Source: Protoeuglena noctilucae (lineage: Eukaryota). Taken from it: DNA of 64,000 bases. The notes under the pieces were generated by a model. It had not been told where the DNA came from. It did not search any database and worked only from the letters and a program-made list of their open reading frames with translations. The stretch covers positions 682,001 to 746,000 of the forward strand of contig OY253673.1 in the NCBI GenBank assembly GCA_958009085.1. The letters are read 5' to 3'. Shown here one piece after another: positions 40,670-52,504 of this stretch (positions are counted from its first letter, which is position 1; every line of letters begins with the position of its first letter). A program made the position numbers and the translations under genes.

Positions 40670-41050
40670 AGGCTCATCCCGGGGCCAGCATGCATGCATG
40701 CATGCCACAGCAGCAGCAGCATGGCATCCTCGCGGGCGCTTGCAGGGCCAGCGATGCAGCTTTGACATGGTTCCGGGGCCAAGAGGGCGGCGCGGTGGTA
40801 CGGAGGACCAAGGGGCAGCGGGACCAAGAGGGCGGCGGGGTTCTGAGGCCGCTTCGCAGTGTGGGGATGGAGCGGGAGGTGATTTCGTGCAAGAGCCTCC
40901 AAGCATCCGCGTCTTTCAAAGTCGGGAAAGGGTAACTTACTCGGTTCAGACTATGTTCATGCAAGGGACTCCCAGCAGGAGTGCCTCTGGGTAGAACATG
41001 TATAAACGACACGCGAACAGAGTGCGAGCAGAGGGAGTGGGCTAGCTTCG

Positions 41051-42769
41051 CTATCTCTGAAGGGGCGCCCAGGCGTCCCCCACAGGCTTGCGCTTGTTAG
41101 GCTGCGTGGCGGCGAGCTGCGCGGTGTGGTACCACTGCATCTGCAGCCCTGTGATGGGATCGATGCCCGTGGAGTTGGCACGCGCGTTCCTGGGCCCCTT
41201 GAGCCACTGCGAGTGCGGGTGAGGAGCCAGCCCTGAACGTACGCACACCCAGGGGCAGCCACGGGGTCACCGCAAGATGCAGGGCACGGCGGGCCACGGT
41301 GGATTGAAGCCACGTGCACGCCGTTCGACGTACCTGCGATGCGTGGTGCGGCCCGTGGCGCTTCAATGGCCGTATTTGCGTCCCCGCCGCGTCCATTCGA
41401 CTGGGGTCCACTCTCGAGGCAGACTCGCACACCTTCTCGGTCCCCAGCCACTGCGGCAACAACAGGGTTGCTGCTCAGACGGCGTTTGATGGCGCCATGT
41501 CTGCCGCGTGATGTGCCAACGAGCAAAGTCGAGATGCGCACCTTGGGCTCCTGAGAGCGCCGCACGATCGTGGACCGCTGCGCCCTCCCTTCGGCCTCCA
41601 ACGTCTGCAGACGAACGCGACGCTCGCAGCCTCCGGCACAATATCTGGCACAGTCTCTGTAACAGCTGGCACATCACGTCTTGAGAGGACCAAGCCTCGT
41701 GCGCTTTGCTCTCACACGTCGCTTCCGCTACCCTCACCTGAGCGGCATGCAGCAGGCTCCCTTTGTCCTCCGCCAGCACCACCCCCATCTCCCCCACCGC
41801 CATGCGCTCCTTCAGCTCCGCAATCGCGGGGTTTGCGTCACGGGTGCGCCCCATCCGCTCCTGCAGGCACACCCATGGGGCCGTCCAGTGCACCTTTTGC
41901 CCACCTGGTGCCCACCATGCTACCCACCATCACCATCCACCACCCAGCCAACTGTTATGATGATTGGTGTCATCGCAGACACCCTCATCTCTCCCCAGGC
42001 ACCTGCACCGAGGCCTCCACAGCCCGCTTGAGCGTCTCCAATGTCGCCCTGTCCACGGTGCGGCTGTAAGGCAGCGCAAAGCCCCTGCCGTTCGTGACAG
42101 GCGGGATCCAGTTGTTCTGAGCCGTGGCGAAAGGGGCCAGGGGCTCTGGCCGACCCCCACGGAACGGCGAGGGGCGGTAGTGCCGCAGGTAGGCCAGCTG
42201 CGGGGGCAGGGCGGTGGCCGCGTCACGTGGCACGTTTGCACGGGTGATCCAAGCTAGGTCAGTAAACGCGCCCGCACCTCCTGCATCTCCCTTGCTTCCT
42301 GCACCGCCACGGCGCTCCTCGTGACGTCCTCGCAGTTGTCCGTGACTTTGATCGAGACGTCGCGCTTGCGGCCCGGGGGCCCTAGCGCCGCAGCACGCAT
42401 CTCGGACAAGCGGTGGTTCTGCAAGTCGTTGTCAGCCCGGCTGTCGCACTCGTACGTCATCCCAGGGCGCCAGGGTGCCTGCCCAGGGAAGACGCGCCTG
42501 GATGACTTGGACGTCGAAGCCCCAGGAGCTGCGAGGGACGCGTGAGGAGGCTCGTAGCACGCCTTGCAGGGGGCTCGGGCGGTGGCGAAAACGTCCGATT
42601 TTTCCTCACCTTGCGTGGAGAGATAGACCTGCTCCCTGCGCACCGTGTCGACCAGTGCCCGCATGGATGCATTGTCCCACGGATCGGGAGAAACCACCTG
42701 CAATCCAGCCGCAGAAGAGCGCGTGAGCAGCAAGCGCAGAGTGGCCTCTGCATTGTGTTGGGGAGGCAT
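41051..42769 (-). CDS. Hypothetical protein, multi-exon
   Basis: Exon-like blocks with splice signals: MPPQHNAEATLRLL..., LAYLRHYRPSPFRGG..., ERMGRTRDANPAIAELKERM..., GIDPITGLQMQWYH; no recognised family. Confidence 0.55.
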
Positions 42770-43112
42770 GTCCGCCTTACCCGGCCGCAGTACGCCATTT
42801 TCACCGCCCAGCTGGTGGCGCGATAGATGCTTAATTGGCGAAACTCTCTTCCAGGCCAGTCCTTTGACGGAGGCGCAGCAAGGCGGTCCTGGGCTGGGAC
42901 CCTACGCAGGTTGCGCGAACATCGCCCCCCGCGAGACAGCGCGACGCGTGGTCCAGAGCTCCAGCGTCATTCACCACGCAGCGCCTGGTCCAGAGGCGGT
43001 CTTCTTCGGGGTCCGAACGCAACCGCCAGTGCTTGCAGTTGCGCCGCAACCATGTCTCATGAGTCTTTGCGCCCTGCGCCGCCCAGGAGTCCGGGGCTCG
43101 GCAGGCTTGACC

Positions 43113-44999
43113 ATGTGGGTCTTCAAGGGCGGGAGCGATGCTCCCATCTACCTCATCGCCAGCCATGGGGACTACACGCTCGGAAGGAATCCAGGCTCGG
43201 CCCATGGGGCGCGCTCCGACATCTATGTGAGGCCGTAGAATGTTCACGATGCCCTGCGTGCATGCTAGGCTTGCTGAGCTATCGGCACGTTGCGTGCATG
43301 CTAAGCTCGCTGCGTTCACATCACGCTGCGAGCGACGGGCGTGGGACCTCGTGTCGCGCCGCAGATCCCAGCGGAGCGTGACGCGGGGCTCTCACGGAAC
43401 CACGCGGTCCTAACGGTCTGCGGCGACGGCCTGCGTATCCGCAACCTCGGGCGCTACGGCACGCGCGTCGATGCCCAGTCCCTTGGGGAGGGCGAGGAGA
43501 TGCTGGTGCGCCACGGCACGTCCGCGACGCTGCTGTTCGGTCGCGAGGTCCAGCGAACGGTCGAGGAAGTGCCGCTGGTGGCGTGCGTGAAGAAGTGAGC
43601 GGGCGCAGCGCTGCGCTCGCCGTGAGACCAGCTTGCCTGGGTGGGTTGACGGGCTCGCGCAACCCGCCCGCGCAGGGGCCACGAGGGTGACATCCAGCCG
43701 GAGGCGGACGAGGTGGGGGCGCGCCTCGTGCACCGGTGGTCTCCCGCTTGCACCCACTACATCCTGCACGACGGCGCCGACGACGCCTGGGCGGGCCGCG
43801 CCGCGTCACGCCCCACCATCGCGGCGTCTGCGTTCAAAAACGCGGTGCGCGCCCGCGACTTCGGGCGCCTCCTGCATCCCAGCGACCATGGACACCCCGC
43901 CACCCCCACCGTTTCGGGCCCCTCAGGTACGCATGCATGCCTGGCAGCATGAATGATGAAGCGCTTAACTTGTCTGTAGGCTCTGCGCTGCGGACCTTGT
44001 TCGGTTGTGAGTGGAGTGTTACATGCTTGTGATGTGTCACTGGGTGTCGTGATGTCATGCAGGTATCAGCCCAGCAAGGATCTCACCGGGGGTGGTGCAG
44101 GGCGGTAACCGGGGCCATGGGAACCCCAGACGAGAGCAGCTGGGCAGCAGGGAGGGCCGAGGCGAGGGCGGGGGTGCAAAGCGGCGCAGGGAGAGCGAGG
44201 GGCCTTCGCCCATTGGTGGCGACGGGAAGCGGCGCAAGGAAGGCCATGGGACGCCGGGCGGAGCGGGTGTGGGTGTGGGTATGGGTGTGCGCGTGGGTGT
44301 GAGTCCTGGGCCACGAGGACCGGTGGTGCTTGAGACGGGGAAGGGTGATGGGGACGCAGACGACGTGGTGTTAGTGCATGGTCACGCACAGGACCTTGTG
44401 CCACAGAAAGCGGGCACGGAGGGGGTTTCTGAGGGACGGGGCGGCTTGGGCAGGGGCCGCGGCAGTGCTCCGTTAGGCGAGGGGTGGTGCCGGCACAAGG
44501 GTGGGGCAGCAGAGGTGGGGGCGGAGGCTGTCACGTCCAGGTGACAGAGACAGAGAAATGGGTGGAATTGTCACTATGTCTGGCGGTACGGTCCGCCGGT
44601 GCGTGCTGTGGGCGAGTCTGCGAGTCTCCGCCCCTCTGTGCCCGGTCTCACCGCAGTCAGGAGAGGGCGATGGGGGAGGACGGCACGGAGTACGGCCGGG
44701 TGCTGCGGGTGCGCATCGACGGCCCGGGGACGCCCGGCGAGCCATCACGCAGGGTCAGGCACGGGCCACGGGCCATGGGGCGCCAGCCAAACTTCAAGGT
44801 GTTTCGGAAGAAGGGCCAGTTGCCAGGGATGGCCCAGATCGAGCCCCAGGTGAGGCGTTGGCATCAGTCGCTCTGCACACCCCAGCTGGGGCGACGTCTT
44901 CGGCACATTGCGGTTCAATGGGCCCTCCCCTCCCTTGTACCGCAGCTGCGCATGACGACGTTTTGCTACCACTCCGGCATGGAGGACGTGGGCGCATAG
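43113..44999 (+). CDS. NBS1: Nibrin/NBS1-like protein (FHA, BRCT, MRE11-binding motif)
   Basis: Starts MW; FHA motifs YTLGR, LSRNHAVL, LGRYGTRV; BRCT-like GARLVHRWSPACTHYIL; C-terminal NFKVFRKK resembles the NBS1 MRE11-binding NFKxFxK motif. Confidence 0.75.
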
Positions 45000-45199
45000 A
45001 AGAGAGGTTTTATGCATCGGCAATGACGGGGCTGCTGCGTTGACAAGTCGAGATATGTCTGAGACCGGGACGCCAGCGCCACACTGCTTCACACGCTAGC
45101 TCTACCGGCATGCCAGCCCAGCAGCGGGCCGCGCTCCTGTCGAACGCAGCCCCTTTCGCGCACCCACCCCATCGCCTGTCTCGGCAAGGACAGAGCAGC

Positions 45200-47175
45200 T
45201 CAGGCCTGGAAGGTCATCTTCTCGCACTCGTCGCGCGTCGCGGCGAACAGGGCCGAGGAGAGGTAGCGCTCGCCGAAGGAGGGCAGCACGCACACGACGA
45301 GCTTGCCCTTGTTCTTGGGGAGGGAGGCGACGCGGTTGGCGGCGACCACCGCGGCCCCCGACGAGATGCCGACCAGGAGGCCCTCCTCCTTGGCGAGCCT
45401 CCGCGCCATCTCGATGGCCTCGTCGGAAGTCACCTTCTCCACGCCTGGGAGGAGTGAGGAGAGAAGTGCGCGGTCACGCACGCAGACACGCATGGGGACG
45501 AGCGCTCGCGTCTTGACAACACCGCACGGCGCGTCATGGCGCGTCATGGCACCCCTCTCTGCAGGCATCGCGCCACATGCACATGCGGGCGCACGCGGGT
45601 ACTCACGGTTGACGATGGAGGTGTCGAGGTTCCCCGGGATGAAGCCAGCACCGATACCCTGGATCTTGTGGGGCTCCGGCTTGCCGCCCGAGATGACGGG
45701 GGACTCCTCGGGCTCCACCGCCACGAGCTGGATGTTGGGGTTCTTCTCCTGAGACGAGTAGATGGGAACAACTGCTTTTGGCTCAGCCAGAGGTTGGGTT
45801 GGGTCGGCGAGCACGACAAAGCCCACATGTGCGCGAGTGCGTGCGACTGGCGCTCTACCGAGCAATAAAATGCACGGCGTCGCGTGCGGGGGCTGTGCGA
45901 GCGAAAGCGCGCTCGCCTTGAGGTAGCGGCCGGATCCGGTGATGGTGCCGCCCGTGCCGACGCCGGCCACGAGGATGTCGATCTTGCCGCCCGTCTGCTC
46001 CCAGAGCTCCGGGCCTGTCGTCTCGTAGTGGATCTTCGGGTTGGACGGGTTCTCAAACTGCGACGTCCCGGGGGGCAGTCGGGTCAGGCACCGACTCTTA
46101 CATTCGTGCGTGACGGTCGGGTCAGGCACCGACTCTTACCAGTGTTCATGACTCATGCATATGAACTCATGCATGTGAGCACAGACACGACCTGGCGAGC
46201 GGCGAGGTGCATCATGCGCCCTCTCCGCTGAGAGTCATCCCTCGCCTGGTTGGGGATGAACGAGTCCTTGATGGAGGCGGCAATCTCCTCGGCCTTCGCG
46301 ACCGCGCCCTTCATGCCCTTGGCGGGGTCGGTGAGGACGAGCTCCGCGCCGAAGGCCCGCAGGAGCACGCGGCGCTCGAGCGACATGGACGCAGGCATCG
46401 TGAGGATGAGCTTGTAGCCCTGCGGAGGCACGGACGGGGCATGGCGCTGGGCGGCATGCCAGCCGCTGTGACGGGCCCGATGCGCGGGGTCCGCAGGGGA
46501 GCGCTTCAATGCAGTCGCGCTGCTGCTCGCAAAGCGCCCACCTTGGCGGCGGCGATGAAGGCGAGGGCGATCCCGGTGTTCCCGGACGTGGGCTCGACGA
46601 TGGTGGTCTTGCCGGGCGTGATCAGGCCCTTGTTCTCGGCGTCCGTGATCATGGCGTTGCCGATGCGGTCCTTCACGGAGCAGCAGGGCTCCATGATCTC
46701 GAGCTTGGCCGCGACGCGGGCCTCGCACCTGCCTGCAGCGGCGAGCGGGCTGGGTGATAGGCGCACGCGACCGCGTCCGCCGGCCTCTCAGCACGCCACC
46801 GCGCAATATGGTCGCTCCACAAGCCATCCGTGCGCACTGCAACCCCATCCGGGCCGCACCAGAGACGCGCTTGAGGTACACCATGGGCGTCTTGCCGATG
46901 AGGTCCGAAACGTTCTCCGCGATGTTCATCTTCGCAAGATCGGCAGCGGTGACGGCAGCCCGGACGTCGCGCTTCGGATAGGCGGTCGCGAGGCGCAGGC
47001 CACGTGCGGGAGTCTGCGTTTCGAGGCACGGCAGTTGCGGTGACCCCATCCAGGGCCCGAGAGGGATCAGCGCACCGTCGGGAAAGAAAAGCTTCCTTAC
47101 CGCAGTGGAGTGCTGGGGAGCGCGGCTGATGGCGCCGCGAGGGGCGGCCTGGGCCTGTACAACACCCGCGAACAT
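45200..47175 (-). CDS. cysK: Cysteine synthase / O-acetylserine(thiol)lyase, plastid-type
   Basis: [27 protein letters not shown] (PLP lysine), [48 protein letters not shown]; transit peptide present. Confidence 0.95.
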
Positions 47176-47495
47176 GGGACGCCTGGCCAGCGAGTTGCAG
47201 GTCGGGTAACTCCACGTATGCGAGCGGATCAGCCGGGGCGCAGGCCGCTTGCCGTGCTTGGTGCGCCGGACCGTGACGTCGAGTGAGACAGACAGGGTTT
47301 TTACGGACTGCCGCATTCGAGTGGATTTCACGAGCCCGAGAGCTCCTCGTGCCAGGAAGTGAGGCAATTCGTGCGTTTCCACCGGTGCATCGTTTCGCAG
47401 GGACGCGGGGACTCCTTTTCTCTCGTCGAAGGAATTTCATTGCTCCAGCGTCTGAATTCGTGACCTTTTTATTTCGGAAAGCCGTCGGTTCCGCG

Positions 47496-49168
47496 ATGGG
47501 GTGCACGGGGTCGAAGGAGGCGTCGGCCGCGGTCGATGCTGGGTCTCCGGTGAAAACCAAGCCGGCCCACGGGCCCCACGAGGACAAAGCGGCGACGGAG
47601 GTTGCAGTGACGCCGGCGAAGGATGAGGGGACCGAGAAGGCGGCGGACCGGGGGGGGAAGGACACGGACGCCGACAACAGGTGCGAAGCGTGGACGGAGG
47701 GGCCTGCGCGGGGCCCGGGCGTGTCGCGGATTCCGCAACTCAAGCCATACAGCTCAGCGAGGCGCTGTCCCGATGACGCAGGCCATCGGAGGGCGAGGAG
47801 GTGCTGACTCTCGACGACGCCAAGCCAGAGGCCGAGGCGCCCGGCGTCACCGACTCGCGTGGCTCTGTTTCGCCGCCAGTGGAACTCAAGGCGCGCCAGG
47901 CGATCCTCAAGGTGGAAGCGACCGTCGCCTCCGTCGCGGTCAAGCCGGAGCCCCCAAACGCCACCTTCTCCTCCAGCAAGGACTCGGCCAAGGACCGTCC
48001 GAAGGCCGCCGACGCCGACTTTGAGGGTCCCGTGAAAAGCAGAGCGAGCGGGCGCGGGCCGCAAGTGGCGGTGAGGCGGGTGTCGTCGGTGGCATGTTGC
48101 ACGCCTGGAACATCGAAGTCCGGCTTTACCGACGCCTTCCCCGCCATCTATGCAGTCGCTCGCCGCTCTGTCGGCAGTAGCGGAGGAGACGGGCGCTCAG
48201 AGCGGTCCGCCCAGCGTGGAGCCGGCCAAGTCGGACAGCACGCGCATCGACGAGTCCGTCGCCGTTTCCCCGGAGACGAGCCATGCCGCGGTCGTGGACG
48301 CCGTTGCTCACAGGCGAGTTCCTCGCCATTTATTGCGCTCGCTGGCTCGAGCATTCGCATGTTGGTGCGTGCTGCAGGCAGGGGTCGTCGAAAACCGTAC
48401 CATCGCCCGCTGCCACCTGCAGGGATGCCAGTGGGCCTCGCTCTAGCGGGCAGGCCACGGGCCCGAGCACAGCAGCGATGGGTCCTAGCTCTGCGGACCC
48501 TTGGGCAGCCCTGCAGTCCGACTACGGAGCCTCGGTGAGTGCCACTCTGCTCCGGCATCCTGCTTGCTGTGCGTGTCTTGTTTACAAGCACTCTCTGTCG
48601 CCGATGCTTAGCACCGCACCGGGCGTTTCCTGTCCTCCAGGCGGTGGGGAAGGCGGAGGAGGAAGGCATCGCTGCCACGCGGAGCCAGGGCGACAGCCCC
48701 GGGCCGATGATGATGGTGGACGATGAGACGGGGGATGCGTCGGTCATCGCGAGCACCGCAAAGGGGTCCCAGCGGGGCGACACCCCCCCGCGGGGCGCAC
48801 AGGCCCCGGGCAAGGTCCGGCAGGGCAACTGGGGGCAGGGGGAGCTGGCCAAGGCCGGGACGGGTGAGGGGACGCCGAGCTCGCGCCCTTAATCGCGCAG
48901 CCGAGGGCTTGTACTGACAATGTGGCGAGCGCCCGCACCCGCAGTGATGACGGACGCGGGGACGGACGAGGGGGCCTCGCCCGAGTACGTCGCGGATGCG
49001 GACCCGTCCAAAGAGGCGGCGGCTGCGGCTGCGCAGGAGCTCGAGATGCTCGACCTGGACGACGTGGAGGACCTCGACGCGATGCACGCTCAGGGGAACC
49101 ACACGGGGCTCAACGACGACTTGGCAGCCAAGCTGGCCGCCTTTGAGGCCGACGAGGAGGACGAGTGA
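47496..49168 (+). CDS. Hypothetical acidic, low-complexity protein with an N-terminal acylation motif
   Basis: Starts MGCTGSK (myristoylation/palmitoylation consensus); several spliced low-complexity exons; acidic last exon ending LAAKLAAFEADEEDE*. Confidence 0.55.
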
Positions 49169-49382
49169 CGCGGCCGGCCTCGCCAGAGGCTCGCGCGGCC
49201 GGCTTGCGCACGTCTCGGGACGAAGCGCACATTTGAGGACCCCGTTGATGGTTCTCCGTGACACGTGTTTCTTTTCACAACTCATTTCCTAGCGGTGCCC
49301 CCATCGCGCCAGCACCCGTAAGCTGCTGCTCGTCTGAATAGAGCGGTCATGCTAACGAACTGGTTCAGCGCCACAGTGTGAC

Positions 49383-49775
49383 TCACAGGGGGGAGATGAC
49401 CTGCGGGGGGGGGGGGGGGGGTACATAGGCATGGCGTGGCGTGGCTTGCCGTCATTGCAGCCTGCCACGCGCCCTGCCCTCGCCGAGCAACTCGCCTGAA
49501 TGATATCGGGCTTCGTTTCCGCCACCAAGTAGGCCACGGCGAGGATGCCAGGCGCGATGGTGTAGTGGAGGAAGGGCTTGATCTGGAGGAGCGGCCGAAG
49601 CGGTGCTGCTGTGGCACGCACTCAGCCTAGCCCAGCGCGTCTCCGGGTCACACGGATGCGCAGCACTTGCCTTCTTGAACGCGGCTTGCGAAACGCTGCC
49701 CACGTCGTCGAGTGCAGTGAAGAACCGCCCCACCAACGTCGCCTTCCCCTTGTCCGACGCGCCGTCCCTCGCCAT
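49383..49775 (-). CDS. TOM7: Mitochondrial import receptor subunit TOM7 (3 exons)
   Basis: Spliced product ...AAFKK|IKPFLHYTIAPGILAVAYLVAETKPDIIQ|VISPL* matches the TOM7 pattern HYxxxPxxxxxG..PxxxQLLSP. Confidence 0.72.
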
Positions 49776-50331
49776 GGCTGCTCGCCGACGGTGTAGCGAG
49801 AAGTCTGCGACCACGAGGACTCACACAGCGTCCGCCGCTGGCGTCCGCGGCAGGCACGGAGTGCTGGGCCGCCAAGCAGCGTCGCAGCTTGCTCTACCCC
49901 GCGATTCCCGACGCTCCGACTCTCGATGCGCTCTCCAGATCGCGTCCATCACCCGCGTCACCTGTCCTCTTCAAGGAGAGCTTGCTACGCTCACGAGATG
50001 AAGGGTGGTATAAAGTGCCCAGACAATCGCGCGTCCTCCTGGCCTGGGGTTGTGAGTACGATACAACTGCGATAGGGAGCCTGAGGATGGGATGGGGGGG
50101 TCATGAAGGGCCGCCTCAGGCGCCGTCTGTCAGGCCCCCCCGTTAGGTCCGCCATCGTGCTTGCCAAAATCTCAGGACAATCCTTGGGACTCCATCTCAA
50201 TTGTGCAGCAGCGGGTATCCGCGAACTTCGTCGACGGCTTCTTCCCCCTTTCCGTGCAAATCATAGCGCGCGGCAGGACCCTCGGCACCGCGCTTCGCAG
50301 CGCTTTGAAGCCCCCCGGGCGGCGGGCATAG

Positions 50332-51161
50332 ATGTCGAGCGTGGCTCGTGCTCGGCTCGCCATGGAGCGGAAAAACTTCCGCAAGGACCATCCGTGGGGC
50401 TTCGTGGCCAAGCCCTCCACACGGCGTGAGTTTGCAGAGTGCGGCGAGTCCCGCAGGCTTGTTCGCACCGCCTCCGCCCCGCAACCGTCCGCTCGCATCG
50501 CTCGCAGCGGAGGATGACGACAAGAGTCAGAACCTGATGCTCTGGACCTGCCGAATCCCGGGGAAGGATTCCACGGAGTGGGAGGGTGGGAGCTACCCGC
50601 TGACTCTGGAGTTTTCCGAGGACTATCCCACGAAGCCGCCCATCGCAAGGTTACACTTGGATACAAGAGACACATGGAGATGCACCGGGACACGCCGCGT
50701 CGCGTCGAAACTGAAAAATCGCACTGCGTATGCGCCTTTCCCCAGGTTCGAGCAGGGTTTCTTCCACCCGAACGTCTTCCCGTCCGGCAAGGTCTGCCTT
50801 TCGATCCTCAACGAGGAAAAGGACTGGCGGCCCTCCATCACCGTCAAGCAGATCCTCTTAGGCATCCAGGACCTGCTCGCCAACCCCAACGGCGAGTGCC
50901 CCTAGGACAGTGCCCTCGGGTGTCCCATCACCGGGACATCGATGACGTCGTGATCGTGCGCGTCGGATGGCGCCCGCCGCGTCGCGCTGTGGGGTCACCC
51001 TTTGCAAGTGGAGTGGCCCACACGCCCCGCCCAGCCCCGCCCCTCGCCCCCGTGCTGCAGAGAACGACCCTGCGCAAGAGAACGCATACAACGTGTTCCG
51101 CAACAACAAGACCGAGTACTCGAACCGCGTGAAGGAGCAGGCACGGAGGTATGCGGCCTAG
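50332..51161 (+). CDS. UBC9: SUMO-conjugating enzyme E2 (4 exons)
   Basis: [79 protein letters not shown]. Confidence 0.96.
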
Positions 51162-52504
51162 GCAGACCAACACGTCGTCCGGGCAATCGGCCTGAGCGGA
51201 TGGGGGGGTGCGGGTGGCGCCAGAGGGCGTCTTTCTTTAGCAGGGGTAGGATTGGCAGAGGGGAGCACGAGCACCTGTGGCAGCAGCCGGCGCGCTGGCT
51301 TGGCGTCTGCTGCGCGCGCGACGGCGTTTCTAATTCTGACACAGACGTGTTGAACACGCTTGGGCGTGGCACGAGGGGCGTGGAAAGGCTTGTCAATGCC
51401 AATGCAGTTCAGGGAAGCTCCGTGCAGCAGGCGCCCTAGGATGCGGCGCTGCCCACGGGAATTGTCGCAGGGGAGCCGCTACAGTGCCAGGCAGGCCGCC
51501 AGAGCGTGCCGCCAGAAACATAGACCTTTGCGGGGGTTGCTCCTGACAAAGCCCCTCAGCCGGGGCGGGGTGGGGTGGGGTGGAGAGCCAAAGGATCGTG
51601 CAGGGCGCGGTGGGGGGCTGGCACAACTCGGTGCGGCACGACGCGGCGTGCGCAGTGAATACCCACGCGCTGGCGTGAGAGAAAGGGTCGGCTCTATGGG
51701 GACGTGCCCGGGACAGGAACAGGGAGCCAAGCAGGCAACGGAAGGGTCCAGCGCCAGGCACGCTCCCTCCAAGACATCCAAGCCATCTGCGTGGCCTAGC
51801 GAGCGCCATGCGGGTGCGCGGCGCTCATCACGGCCACCGTCGGCGATCGAGTCGGGGCGGTGGCGGCGGCCGGAAAGCGACCGCGGCTGGGCTACATGGG
51901 CTACATGGGCTGGGGGCCGTGGTGGCGAGCGCTGGGCCAACAGTGTCGCAAGGTCCAAGCACAGCAGCTGTTTGCGCAAAGGGGACCGGGGGGGGGCTCT
52001 CTTACTCTGAAATCACCTGCGGGCGGCTGAACGCACGAAGCTGGGGTGGGGGGTTGGGCATAGGGGTGGCGCGTGCTGCCCGTCGGGCCGGGCCACGCGT
52101 GGGTGTGGCGTGCCGAGAGAGCACGGCACGCAAATGGGGCTGGGCTGCACCAGTCGACCGCCCGTGGCAGTCTGAGGACTGGAGGGGCGGAAACGGGACC
52201 TCACTACTGTTTCCTAGCAACGTGCATCCAGGGAGAGGGTCGCAGCCAGGGCACACCGTGGCTTGCGGGGCGAGGGTGCCAAGCAAGGGGCGTGCAGGCG
52301 CGGACGCCCTCTCCCCGGACGTGACAAGCTGACGGCTGGTGGGGATGCTGCCCGTAGCAGCGCTGTGCATGGCGCTGGCCCCGGAAGTCGCGGCATCGGG
52401 CGCGCCTGTGCCGACGCACGCGGCCCCTGTGGTGCCGGCACAAGGGCACTCGGCGCCACGCGCCCGCCCGGGCATCCAGAGCTACGCACGCCTCCACCGG
52501 CGCG

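Noticed and set aside
46078..46139. 24-bp direct repeat (gtcgggtcaggcaccgactcttac x2) as a mobile-element footprint; likewise the ctttaagtggagcgctg repeats at ~56546-56626
   Set aside because: These are local intronic micro-duplications with no TIRs and no copies elsewhere in the window.
51200..52500. Separate gene between UBC9 and the cyclase
   Set aside because: Only low-complexity ORFs are present. They could be extra 3' exons or UTR of the cyclase, but nothing is supportable.
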